Shown piece by piece: positions 45,327 to 54,777 of a stretch of 64,000 nucleotides of DNA; position 1 is the stretch's first letter; each line of letters opens with the position of its first letter. The position numbers were made by a program, and so were the translations under genes. Under the pieces are notes generated by a model, which made no database searches, was not told the DNA's origin, and saw only the letters and a program-made list of their open reading frames with translations. The stretch is from Myxococcota bacterium (lineage in GTDB: Bacteria > Myxococcota_A > UBA796 > SXON01): contig JAZKFH010000002.1 in NCBI GenBank assembly GCA_040386535.1, positions 96,001-160,000 of the forward strand, in the 5' to 3' direction.

Positions 45327-47009
45327 ATGACGCTCCTGGTCGCGCTTCTCGCCTGCAGGCCGCCCGATTCCGCCCCCGATTCCGGCAGTGCGCCCGTCGT
45401 CGACACCGTCGGGGAGGACTCCGCGCCCGAGACCGAGGTGATCGGCCCCGCCCCCGGCGAGGGGGACACCGATCCGGACACCGAGGACGCCGACGGATGC
45501 AAGGGTCTCTACGATCCCGACGTCCTGCAGGACTTCGCCGTCGAGATCACCCCCGAGGCGTGGGCCGCCCTCGAGGATGACTACGCGTGGGGCGAGAAGG
45601 ACTACCACCCGATCACGTTCCGGTATGGGGACGAGGTGGTGGAGGACGCGCAGATCCGCCTCAAGGGGAACCCAGGTTTCTCCTGGTACGTCGGGAAGAT
45701 GCAGTTCGTCATCGCCTTCAACGAGGTGGACGAGGCGGGCCGGTTCCATGGGCTGCGGAAGCTCGCGCTCGACGCCTCGTGGTACGAGCCCACGTTGGTG
45801 CGCGACCGGGTGGCGTGGCAGGTGATCCGCCGCGCGGGGAGCCTGCCGTTCGCGTGTGCCAACAGCGCCACGCTCACGATCAACGGCGAATATTACGGGC
45901 TCTACACCAACATCGAGTACCTCGACCACGAGTGGCTGGAGCGCACCTACGGCGACGCCGACGCGACCGGGACGTTGTGGAAGTACGGCTACGATCCCGT
46001 CGCCAACGAGGAGGCGTCCACCGGCGCGGCCATCGCCCGGATGAACGACACGTTCGATCCCGACGGGCTCGCGGCGTTGGGAGATCTGGACAATTGGATC
46101 CAGGCGTGGGCGGCCGAGGCGGTGCTCGGCAGTGATGACGGGTATTGGTGTTGCGACCACAACTACTACCTGTACGAGCACCCAAGTCGGGGCATCCTGT
46201 ACGTGCCGTGGGATTTGGACGACACGTTCGACGTGATGGCCTACGACGCCGACCCGGTCCACGGCTACGAAGCCGGCCGCGCCATCGGCCTGTTCGACCA
46301 GCCCCACTTCCAGGTGCTCACGACGGACCCGGTGTGGGGCCCGAAGTACGTCGATGCGGTCGCGGTGCTCAACGACGCGATGGATCCCGACCGCACGATC
46401 GCCGACATCGACGCCTACGAGGCCCAGATCGCCGACGCGCTCCTCGCCGATCCGAACCGGAGCGTCGGGTGGGAGGAGCATGTCGCCACCACCGAGCGGA
46501 CGCGCGCCTGGGTGCGGGCGCGGCACGCGTTCCTGGACAGTTGGGTGGCGTGTCAACGGGGGTCTACCGCGGATGCCGACGGAGACGGCTCGCCCGTCTG
46601 CTCGGATCCCCACGATGGAGACGCTGCGATCGGGCCCGCGGTCACGGAAGTGTGCAACGGCATCGACGACGACGCGGACGGCTGGATCGATGATGACGCA
46701 GCGTGTGACGATTGTGTGCGCCACGACTTCGACTCCGCCGGGAGCGAGCGCCACTTCCTGTTCTGCCGGTGGCCGCGCGACAACGTGGAGGCTGAGGCAA
46801 ACTGCGAGGCCCGCGGGGGCACGCTCACGGGGCCGGAGACCACCGGAGAGGTCTACGTGTACTTCTTCTACACCTGGCCGGTGCGCGAGGCCTGGTGGAC
46901 CGCGGCGGGTGGCAGCACCGGGCGGTGCTCGATGTGGGACGAGGCGAGCTTCGCGAGTGGGGCGGCGCCGTGCTCAGAGGAGCATCCGAGCGTTTGCGCG
47001 ATCCCCTAA
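45327..47009 (+). CDS. CotH kinase-family lipoprotein with acidic metal-binding repeats and a Cys-rich C-terminal domain
   Basis: Lipobox LLAC; IRLKGN, GLYTNIE, DDGY...HNYYLY, VPWDLD; DADGDG and EVCNGIDDD repeats. Confidence 0.82.
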   Translation: MTLLVALLACRPPDSAPDSGSAPVVDTVGEDSAPETEVIGPAPGEGDTDPDTEDADGCKGLYDPDVLQDFAVEITPEAWAALEDDYAWGEKDYHPITFRYGDEVVEDAQIRLKGNPGFSWYVGKMQFVIAFNEVDEAGRFHGLRKLALDASWYEPTLVRDRVAWQVIRRAGSLPFACANSATLTINGEYYGLYTNIEYLDHEWLERTYGDADATGTLWKYGYDPVANEEASTGAAIARMNDTFDPDGLAALGDLDNWIQAWAAEAVLGSDDGYWCCDHNYYLYEHPSRGILYVPWDLDDTFDVMAYDADPVHGYEAGRAIGLFDQPHFQVLTTDPVWGPKYVDAVAVLNDAMDPDRTIADIDAYEAQIADALLADPNRSVGWEEHVATTERTRAWVRARHAFLDSWVACQRGSTADADGDGSPVCSDPHDGDAAIGPAVTEVCNGIDDDADGWIDDDAACDDCVRHDFDSAGSERHFLFCRWPRDNVEAEANCEARGGTLTGPETTGEVYVYFFYTWPVREAWWTAAGGSTGRCSMWDEASFASGAAPCSEEHPSVCAIP

Positions 47010-47019
47010 CCGTCCGGAC

Positions 47020-47880
47020 TCACTCCACCGTCACCGCGACGGTCCACCACCCCATCCCGCCACGCCCGTCCAGCACCACGGCGTGCAGCACGCCGCTGCC
47101 GGGCTCGTTCGGGGCCGTCCAACTCACGCCGTCCCAATTCGGCTCGTCGTCCCCGATGGAGAAGCTCGGCGCGAACGAGCCCATGTCGGTGTACCAGCGC
47201 CACTCGAGCTCTTCCGTGCGCATCTCCTCCACGCCCTCGGTGGTCACGTAGGCGTACTCCTCCAGCTCGCCGTACAACAGCGCGGTGAGCTCGTAGGCTT
47301 GGCCGGCGCTCGCGGTCAGCCCCTCTCCCGCGGGGAGCCCGGCGCCGTCGACCTCGAACGTGCCGATGTCCGGGTTGATGTTGGGCGTGGGCGCGAGGCT
47401 GATCGGGATGCGACGGAGCACCAGCTCGGTGTCCCCTTCTTCGTCGGCGCTGGCCGTCGTGAGCGTGATCTGCACGGTCGCGCTCGTGCCCTCCAGGGCC
47501 TCGTCCTCGGACAGGCCGGTCAGGGCGTCCTCCGGGACCACCCACGAGGGCTCGAAGCCCGGCTGCACGCCGATGAGGCCGGCGGCCTGGAGCGCGGCGA
47601 TGAGCTCGGCCTGCTCCTCGGGGGTCATCGACTCCAGATCGTCCACCCCTTCGAGCAGCGCGGCATCGAACGAGCAGCCCATCTCCGTGCCGGCGACACA
47701 CGCGAACCAGATCGCGGTCCACGCGCCCTCGGGGGCGTAGCCGAGCGAGGTGAAGGTGACGGTGTCTCCCGGGCGCGGCTCGGCCGGATCGGCGCGGACC
47801 GCGAGGAGCCGCAAGCGGTCGAGATCCCACTCGTCCGCGAGGTCGATGGTCTGGCAGGCGAGCAACAGGAGAAGGGTCAC
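47020..47880 (-). CDS. Lipoprotein coupled to the TonB-dependent receptor
   Basis: Lipobox LLAC; LRLLAVRADP, PNINP, EELEWRWY, DGRGGMGW. GTGA overlap with the receptor. Confidence 0.75.
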   Translation of the reverse strand: MTLLLLLACQTIDLADEWDLDRLRLLAVRADPAEPRPGDTVTFTSLGYAPEGAWTAIWFACVAGTEMGCSFDAALLEGVDDLESMTPEEQAELIAALQAAGLIGVQPGFEPSWVVPEDALTGLSEDEALEGTSATVQITLTTASADEEGDTELVLRRIPISLAPTPNINPDIGTFEVDGAGLPAGEGLTASAGQAYELTALLYGELEEYAYVTTEGVEEMRTEELEWRWYTDMGSFAPSFSIGDDEPNWDGVSWTAPNEPGSGVLHAVVLDGRGGMGWWTVAVTVE

Positions 47881-50462
47881 AGGTTCACCTCCACCTGGAA
47901 ACCAACGGAGGGGACGAGCGGCAGGCCGCTGATCGTGGCGCTCTCGGTGTAATCGTAGTTGTAGAGCTGGAACTCGGGGTTCTCGCCGTGGATCACGTTC
48001 AACACGTCCGCGAACAGCTCGAGTTGCCAGTGCTTGAACGTGAACAACCGGGAGACGCGCAGGTCGGCCGCATAGTAGGGCGCAAGCCGCTCGCTGTTGG
48101 TCGCCGCGCTCGGAAAGCCGAGGTAGCTGCCTTCATCCATCAGGTACAGGCCCCCGTCGTACGGAGTGTAGGGGTTGCCCGTCACGTATTGCACGCGCGC
48201 CGACACCTCGAAGTCGAGCGGGAGCCGGTACCCCGCCACCCCGGTGAGGATGTGGGTCTGGTCGAAGTCGAAATTGTACCAACCCTCGGGATCGTCCGGT
48301 GTGTCATTCCGCTCCGACTTGGAGAGCGTGTACGAGATCCACCCGAAGAACTTGTCGACCCGGGCGTGGCGCACCATGACTTCGAGGCCGTAGGCGCGAC
48401 CGACGCCGGTGTCCCCTTCCCCGCCGAACCCGAGCGCCAGCGGATCCATCCAGCGGTAGAACCCGGTCACGTCCGCGGAGATCGCGGGGGTGAACTTCTG
48501 CTCCCACCCGAGCTCGTTGCCCCAGGCGCGCTCGAAGAACGCGTCGCCGATGAGCTGCGCGTTCTGGGGCGGCTGGTGGTACAGGCCGGTGCCCGCCTTG
48601 ACGGTGCCGCCCGGGAAGACCTCGAACCGCGTGGCGAAGCGCGGGTCGGGCGCGAACTGCGCGGGTTCGTCGTCACGAATGACGCCGTCGAGCCGTACCC
48701 CACCGACGAACAGCAGCCGATCGCGGTCCTTCAGGGGGCGGAGCTGCGCCTCGACGTAGGGGTCGGGGTAGGCGTTCCAGCGCCCGCCGTCGATCTCGAT
48801 GGGCTCCTCCTCCGAGAGGGGATCCTCGCCGTCGACCGGCACGCCCGCGACGTACACCTTCAGGTCGTAGCGGGCCAGCTCGCTGTCGAGGCCGGCGGCC
48901 ACGGAGAACGCGGGCGACGGGGTCCACCGGAGCTCGCCACGCAGGTCGATCCGCACGGCGTTGAGCTCCAGGCCAATCTCGCTGCCGAAGCCGACGCGTG
49001 TGCCGTCCACCCCAAAGGCCGGTTGAAGGTGGAACTTCAACGTCTCGGACAACGGGCGCGCCCATCGCAACACGAGCCGGTGCGTCGAGTAGTGCACGCC
49101 GATCTGGTCGTCGGACTCCTTGTCGGTGCGGACGATCAGATCGTCCTGGAATCCGAACAGGAGCGCGGACAGCTCGTTGTCACCGGCGTCGAGCGCCTCG
49201 ATCTTGAGTTGGTAGTCCATCCACCGCGGCGCGGCGTAGAACTCCTGATTTGCGAGCGCGACACCCAGGATGGCGTCGATGTAGGAGCGCCGCGCCCCGA
49301 CGGCGAACCCGACCTTCGGGTCATCCTTCTTGCCGAGCTTGCCGGTGGCGAACACGCCGGTGTCGAGCACGTCCGTGCGCCAGATGAGCTTGGTCTGGTC
49401 GGGGTAGTCGGAGGTGGTCTGGACATCGATGACACCGCCCGTGGAGCGGCCGTAGCGGGCGCTGTAGGTGCCCGGCAGGTAGTCGACCGCGCTGATGAGA
49501 TCGGGGTTGAGGATCGAGCGGAACCCGCCGAGGTGGTACACCAGCGGCACCTCCACCCCGTCGACGTAGACGTTGCTGTCCTCCGGGTTGGCGCCGCGGA
49601 GCACGAGCAGGCCGGTGCCGAAGGGCGCGCGCGCCGCGCCGGGCAGGCTCTGGATGACACGCACCGGATCCCCGAACGTGCCGGGCACGCGCCGCACCTC
49701 GGCCATCGTGATCGTGCGCCGGGTCACCTCGGGCGGCCGCTCCTTCTCGTAGAGCCCCACGACGCCGGCGCCGCGGTAGGTCAGGCGCCGCAACCAGACG
49801 GCCACGTCGGCGACCTCCCCCGCGTTCACGGTCAGCTCGATCGTGTCACGTTGGTGCTCGGTGGTGAACGCGATCAGCGTCACGTCACCCGGCTCGATCG
49901 CGAAGAGCGCGAAGCGGCCCTCGGCGTCTGTCGTAGCGGTCGCGACGATCACGTCGCCACGTTTGACCTGCACGGCAGCCCCGGGGATGGGCTCTCGTGT
50001 CGCCATCTCGCGCAGCGTGCCCTCGATCGCGAGGGCGGGCGCCACCTCTTCGGGCGGCGGCTGCGGCGCGGGCGCGAGCTTGAACCCGTAGTCGAACTCG
50101 ACCGCCACGGGCACGGGGCCGGTCGCGTCCTCCGCGGGGGAGAACTTGAACTGTTTCGCAGCGGCGACAGCGGCCTCGTCGAACCCGGCTTCGAGGGATC
50201 CCGGCGCCGCGGGCGTCACGACCTCGACGTTGGTGACCGCGCCGGTCGCGTCGATCTCGAGCAGGAGGCGCACCGAGGCCTCGACGCCGGCCGCTTCGGC
50301 CGCGGGCGGGTACGGCGCCTGTACAAAATCGAGGAGCGCCGGGTCCTTCAGGAGCGGCGGGAGCTCGCCTTCGACGGGGGCCTCGTTCGCGGGAGGCGCG
50401 GCGGGCGCGTCCTGCGCGGCGGCGAGGGTCACGAGCGCGAGGATCGAGGGGGCCAGGAGCAT
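47877..50462 (-). CDS. TonB-dependent receptor with N-terminal TonB C-terminal-like domain
   Basis: Signal peptide; YPPAA...FDEAA...FKFSPA (TonB_C); Ig-like domain; plug (PGTFGDP..VIQSLPG, YHLGG, ARYGRSTGG); barrel (GRAYGLE, FDQTH). Confidence 0.9.
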   Translation of the reverse strand: MLLAPSILALVTLAAAQDAPAAPPANEAPVEGELPPLLKDPALLDFVQAPYPPAAEAAGVEASVRLLLEIDATGAVTNVEVVTPAAPGSLEAGFDEAAVAAAKQFKFSPAEDATGPVPVAVEFDYGFKLAPAPQPPPEEVAPALAIEGTLREMATREPIPGAAVQVKRGDVIVATATTDAEGRFALFAIEPGDVTLIAFTTEHQRDTIELTVNAGEVADVAVWLRRLTYRGAGVVGLYEKERPPEVTRRTITMAEVRRVPGTFGDPVRVIQSLPGAARAPFGTGLLVLRGANPEDSNVYVDGVEVPLVYHLGGFRSILNPDLISAVDYLPGTYSARYGRSTGGVIDVQTTSDYPDQTKLIWRTDVLDTGVFATGKLGKKDDPKVGFAVGARRSYIDAILGVALANQEFYAAPRWMDYQLKIEALDAGDNELSALLFGFQDDLIVRTDKESDDQIGVHYSTHRLVLRWARPLSETLKFHLQPAFGVDGTRVGFGSEIGLELNAVRIDLRGELRWTPSPAFSVAAGLDSELARYDLKVYVAGVPVDGEDPLSEEEPIEIDGGRWNAYPDPYVEAQLRPLKDRDRLLFVGGVRLDGVIRDDEPAQFAPDPRFATRFEVFPGGTVKAGTGLYHQPPQNAQLIGDAFFERAWGNELGWEQKFTPAISADVTGFYRWMDPLALGFGGEGDTGVGRAYGLEVMVRHARVDKFFGWISYTLSKSERNDTPDDPEGWYNFDFDQTHILTGVAGYRLPLDFEVSARVQYVTGNPYTPYDGGLYLMDEGSYLGFPSAATNSERLAPYYAADLRVSRLFTFKHWQLELFADVLNVIHGENPEFQLYNYDYTESATISGLPLVPSVGFQVEVNL

Positions 50463-50503
50463 GAGGCGGAGCGATTAGCCCGCTGGCCGTACGCGCGCCG
50501 CAG

Positions 50504-51469
50504 TCAGAACACCCCCAACACCCCCGGCCACTCCACATCCAACGTGAGCGTGGTGTCCCATGTGCCCGGCACCACGTGCGCGCCGAAACCGACCGAAGCG
50601 ACCGAGATCCGCCCCGAGATCAGCGGGACCGCCACTCGATTCAGGTACTTGACCCCTCCCCCGAGATCCAATGTCGTGGAGAGCGGCCCGCGCCCCAGCC
50701 GCTGCCTCGCCTCGGCGGTCACGATGCCGAACCCGGCGGCGTCTCCGAGGCCGACGCCGAGCCACGCGCGTGTCACCAGGCGCTCGCGGAACACGAACGT
50801 GACATTTCCGCCCACCTCCGCGCGGTCCCCTTGGAAGAACCCGGCGCCGATGCCCCAGGTTCCACCGAGGAACGGGCCCATGTCGGGCTCGGCCTTCATC
50901 GCGCTGAGGCGGTCGGTCTTGGCGGCGAAGCCGATACCTTCGGACTTGATCTTGCGGGACACGATGCCCACCACGCGGCCCTGTTCGTCCACCAGCGGGC
51001 CGCCGGAGTTGCCGGGGTTCATCGCGGTGTCGGTCTGGATGAGCCAGGGGCCGACGCCGCTCACCATGCCACGCGCCGCGCTCCACACGAGCAGGTTGGC
51101 GAGCTTTCCGCCGGTCGCCTGGCCGAAGGGGTGGCCGAGCGCGTAGACGGTGTCACCGATGGCGACGGGCTCCTCGCGCAGGTCGAGCCCGAGCACCCCG
51201 TCGGGCACGAGGACCTCGACCAGCGCGAGATCGTGGCCGGGGTCCCGTGCCACGACGCGCCCGACGTTCGCCACGCCGCCGCGGAATTTGACCATCGGGT
51301 TCAAGCCCGACGCGACGCAGTGGTACGCGGTCGCGACGGTGCGCACGGCGGGGGCATCGACGCCGCCTGTCTCCGCGGGGGGCAGGGCCGCGCCCGCGAC
51401 CACGACCCCCGCGCACAGGGAGGGGCCGGTCTGGAGGAGGACCACGGAGTCGAGCCACACGTCGAGCAT
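50504..51469 (-). CDS. Trypsin-like (S1C) serine protease with C-terminal beta-strand-rich region
   Basis: ATAYHCV, HDLAL, LGHPFG, IQTDTAMNPGNSGGPL. Confidence 0.85.
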   Translation of the reverse strand: MLDVWLDSVVLLQTGPSLCAGVVVAGAALPPAETGGVDAPAVRTVATAYHCVASGLNPMVKFRGGVANVGRVVARDPGHDLALVEVLVPDGVLGLDLREEPVAIGDTVYALGHPFGQATGGKLANLLVWSAARGMVSGVGPWLIQTDTAMNPGNSGGPLVDEQGRVVGIVSRKIKSEGIGFAAKTDRLSAMKAEPDMGPFLGGTWGIGAGFFQGDRAEVGGNVTFVFRERLVTRAWLGVGLGDAAGFGIVTAEARQRLGRGPLSTTLDLGGGVKYLNRVAVPLISGRISVASVGFGAHVVPGTWDTTLTLDVEWPGVLGVF

Positions 51470-51505
51470 CGGCGCAGGTTAAGGCACCGCCCCTGCGGAG
51501 TCCCC

Positions 51506-53926
51506 ATGTTCCTCTTTCTGGCCCTCGCCGCCTGCACCGACGGCACCGACAAAGACGCGAACCCGGCCGACGACTCCGGAGCCGATGATACGGGCGGCAC
51601 CGACACGGACGAACCCGACACCGACGAGCCGGTCGAAGGCGACATCGAGGGTCCCGACCTCCCCGCGTGTGCGCCCCAGGCGGGCAGCGGGGACAACGTC
51701 GCGCTCTCCGGCGTGGTGCTCGCACCCGACGGGCCGCTCGCCGGCTACGTCGTCTACTCGCGCAGCGCCGGCACGATCTCGTGCGTGGGCGCCGATTGTC
51801 CACTGACCGACTCCGGAGGCGCGGGCGCCGAGGTCATCTGCACCGAGGGTGTCATCTCCCCGGGCCTGATCGACGCGCACAACCACCTCCAATACAACGT
51901 CCTCCCCCCCTGGGAGGTCGGCCCCGAATTCGTCGACCGCTACGAGTGGCGCAGCGACGACCGGTACCGGGACTACAAGACCGCGTACGACGCGATCTAC
52001 GACGACTACCAGTGCGAGATCATGAAGTGGGCCGAGGCACGCGAGATCGTGCACGGCACCACCTCGGCCGTGGGCTCGAGCGGCTCGTCCGACTGTCTCG
52101 ACGTGCTCGTGCGCAACCTGGACGAGGGCTCCAGCGCCAGCGGCCTGACCGGCTACGACATCGAGTACAGCGCATCCACCGTCACGGACGTGATCGAGGA
52201 TGGGGACGGCGCCACCTACACGGCCGACCTCGCGTCCGGCTCGCTCGACTCCGCGCTCTTCCACGTGGCCGAGGGCAAGGACGGCTCCGGGCGCGACGAG
52301 ATCGAGCACATGTTCGACGCGGGCATGGTCGGCCCCGGCCAGTTCTACGTGCACGACACGGACGCGTCGACCGCCCAGCTCGCCCAGATGGCGGCGGACG
52401 GCACGGGCATCGTGTGGTCGCCGCGCTCCAACATCGCGCTCTACGGCACCACCACTCCCATCGAGATCGCCGACAAGCTCGGCGTGCCCTGGGCGATCGG
52501 CACGGACTGGACCCCGTCCGGCTCCATGGCCCCCATCGGTGAGCTCGCCTGCGCGGCGGATTGGCTCGCGAGCAAGGGCAGCCCGATCTCGGACGTGCGG
52601 CTCTGGGAAAAGAGCACCACCGACGCGGCGCGCGCGGTCGGAGCGGACGGCGTGCTCGGGCAGCTCGCCGTGGGCTTCCAGGCCGACATCGCCGTGTTCG
52701 AGTGGTCGCGCACGCCCTACCGCGGCATCATCACCGCCGAGGCCGCCGAGGTCCGGCTGGTCGTGGTGGGCGGCGAGGCCCGCTACGGGTTGACCGAGTT
52801 CGTCACGCCGATCGCGGCAAACGCCGACTATTGCGAGGCGCTCGACGTGTGCGGCGGCTCACGCTCCATCTGCGTGCAGGACGGCGCCAGCGGGGAGGAC
52901 GCTGACTCCCTCGCCAACATCGAGACCGCCCTGGTCGGCGCCCTCGGCGGCGTGTCCATGCCGGCGGGCCTCGAGTACGCGGGTGAGCTGTTCCCGCTGT
53001 TCACCTGCTCGGACGAGCGTGACAGCTGCGATCTGTCGGCGCCCACCACCGGAGATGCCGATGGGGACGGCGTCGCGGACGCATCCGACCTGTGCCCCTC
53101 GGTGTACGATCCCAACCAGTGGGACGAGGACGGCGACGGCGAAGGCGACAGCTGCGACGACTGCCCGCTGACCTCCGAGACCGAGTGTGAGAGCGCCGCT
53201 GGCGACATCGACGGTGACGGCATCGCCGACGAGGACGACAACTGCTCCCGCGAGGGCAACACGGACCAGGCCGATCGCGACGGGGATGGGTTTGGGGACG
53301 TGTGCGACGCCTGCCCCGACGAGGCCAGCGCGGACGGCGCCTGCACCACCACGCTCGACGCCCTGCGGGACCCCTCCCACCCCGATCACCCCGCCGAGGG
53401 CGCCCTCGTAGCCATCGAGGGCCTGGTCGTGACCGGCCTGCGGGAGGGCGCGGGCTTCACGGCCCAGGATCCCGCGCTCGGCGAGTACGGTGGTCTCTAT
53501 GTGTTCGATTACGGCGACAACGTGGTCGCGCTCGGTGACGTGGTGCGGGTGACCGGCACCTACGACGAGTACTACGAGCTGACCGAGCTCACGACGCCCA
53601 CCGTGACGGTCACCGGCACCGCCACCGTGCCCGATCCCGTCGTGGTCGACCCGTGTGACATCGGCACCGGCGGCTCCCTGGCCGAGGCCTACGAGAGCAT
53701 GCTCGTCTCCGTATCGGACGTGTCCGTGACCAACGCCAACCCGGACGACCCCGAGGACTACGACGAGTTCGAGGTCGGCAGCTGCCTCCGCGTGGACGAC
53801 TTCTTGTACGCCGACCTCGACCAGCCCGCGCTCGGCACCAGCTACTCGACGCTCACCGGCGTGCTCACCTGGGGCTTCGACAACGCGAAGCTCGCCCCGC
53901 GCTTCGCGGCGGACATCGTCGAATGA
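51506..53926 (+). CDS. Amidohydrolase-family lipoprotein with thrombospondin type-3-like repeats and C-terminal OB-fold-like domains
   Basis: Lipobox LAAC; SPGLIDAHNH, HVAEG, WSPRSN, IGTDW; DADGDG/DEDGDG/DRDGDG repeats; GDVVRVTGTYDEYYELTEL, AEAYESMLV. GGAG SD. Confidence 0.82.
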   Translation: MFLFLALAACTDGTDKDANPADDSGADDTGGTDTDEPDTDEPVEGDIEGPDLPACAPQAGSGDNVALSGVVLAPDGPLAGYVVYSRSAGTISCVGADCPLTDSGGAGAEVICTEGVISPGLIDAHNHLQYNVLPPWEVGPEFVDRYEWRSDDRYRDYKTAYDAIYDDYQCEIMKWAEAREIVHGTTSAVGSSGSSDCLDVLVRNLDEGSSASGLTGYDIEYSASTVTDVIEDGDGATYTADLASGSLDSALFHVAEGKDGSGRDEIEHMFDAGMVGPGQFYVHDTDASTAQLAQMAADGTGIVWSPRSNIALYGTTTPIEIADKLGVPWAIGTDWTPSGSMAPIGELACAADWLASKGSPISDVRLWEKSTTDAARAVGADGVLGQLAVGFQADIAVFEWSRTPYRGIITAEAAEVRLVVVGGEARYGLTEFVTPIAANADYCEALDVCGGSRSICVQDGASGEDADSLANIETALVGALGGVSMPAGLEYAGELFPLFTCSDERDSCDLSAPTTGDADGDGVADASDLCPSVYDPNQWDEDGDGEGDSCDDCPLTSETECESAAGDIDGDGIADEDDNCSREGNTDQADRDGDGFGDVCDACPDEASADGACTTTLDALRDPSHPDHPAEGALVAIEGLVVTGLREGAGFTAQDPALGEYGGLYVFDYGDNVVALGDVVRVTGTYDEYYELTELTTPTVTVTGTATVPDPVVVDPCDIGTGGSLAEAYESMLVSVSDVSVTNANPDDPEDYDEFEVGSCLRVDDFLYADLDQPALGTSYSTLTGVLTWGFDNAKLAPRFAADIVE

Positions 53927-54735
53927 GCCGGCCCGTCACCGCCATCCTGCTCGCGGCGCTCGTCGCCGCCTGCTCGGGCGACTCCCCCGCGGAGCCGCCT
54001 CCCGAGATCCCCAACGTCCCGCCCGTCGGCGCGATCGCCGCCCCGACGGAGACGCCGTCCGACGCCCTGCCGCGCGTCCCGGCGACCATCCAGACCCGGA
54101 TGGCCGCGAGCCACGTGCTCGTGTCCTACGCGGGCGCGGTCAACGCGCTCCCCAACATCGCGCGCTCCCGAGAGGAGGCCCGCGCGCGTGCGGAAGAGGT
54201 GCGCGCCAAGGTGCTCGCCGGGGAGAGCTTCGCCAGCCTCGCCCGGGCCTATTCGGACGACTCCACAGGCCCGCGCGGCGGCTCGGTCGGCGGCTTCATG
54301 GACGGCACGATGGTCGCGCCCTTCGAGGCCGCGGTCAAAGCGATGCCTGTGGGTCAGATCAGCGAGGTGGTCGAGTCGCCCTTCGGCTACCACGTGATCC
54401 GTCGCGACGCGCTGGCCGAGGTGCAGGCGCGCCACATCCTGGTCACCTGGTCCGGTGCGCCGCGCGCACCCGCGGGCGTGAGCCGCTCGAAGGACGAGGC
54501 GAAGGCCCGGGTGGAGGAGGCCAAGGCGAAGCTCGCCTCCGGCACGGCGTGGGCCGACGTGGCCCGCAGCTTCTCGGACGGCCCGGCAAAGGACGACGGC
54601 GGCGAGCTCGGCTGGCTTGGCCGCAACCAGCTCGCGCCGGCGCTCGACACCGCCGTGTTCGACCTGGACATCGGCGCCACCAGCGGCGTGGTGGAGTCGC
54701 CCTGGGGCTTCCACATCCTGCAGCGGCTGGAGTAG
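53923..54735 (+). CDS. Two-domain parvulin (PpiC-type) PPIase lipoprotein
   Basis: Lipobox VAAC; two copies of the ASHVLV/ARHILV...FA.LAR.YSD...GG...ESP(F/W)G(Y/F)H domain. Confidence 0.9.
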   Translation: MSRPVTAILLAALVAACSGDSPAEPPPEIPNVPPVGAIAAPTETPSDALPRVPATIQTRMAASHVLVSYAGAVNALPNIARSREEARARAEEVRAKVLAGESFASLARAYSDDSTGPRGGSVGGFMDGTMVAPFEAAVKAMPVGQISEVVESPFGYHVIRRDALAEVQARHILVTWSGAPRAPAGVSRSKDEAKARVEEAKAKLASGTAWADVARSFSDGPAKDDGGELGWLGRNQLAPALDTAVFDLDIGATSGVVESPWGFHILQRLE

Positions 54736-54777
54736 CGCGGCCCTCCGGGAGGGCCCCAGGCCTTCCGGATCAGCGCT

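Noticed and set aside
54739..54755. GGCCCTCC-G-GGAGGGCC palindrome between convergent genes
   Set aside because: Probably a simple terminator-like hairpin; no U-tract and not seen repeated, so not called a REP family.
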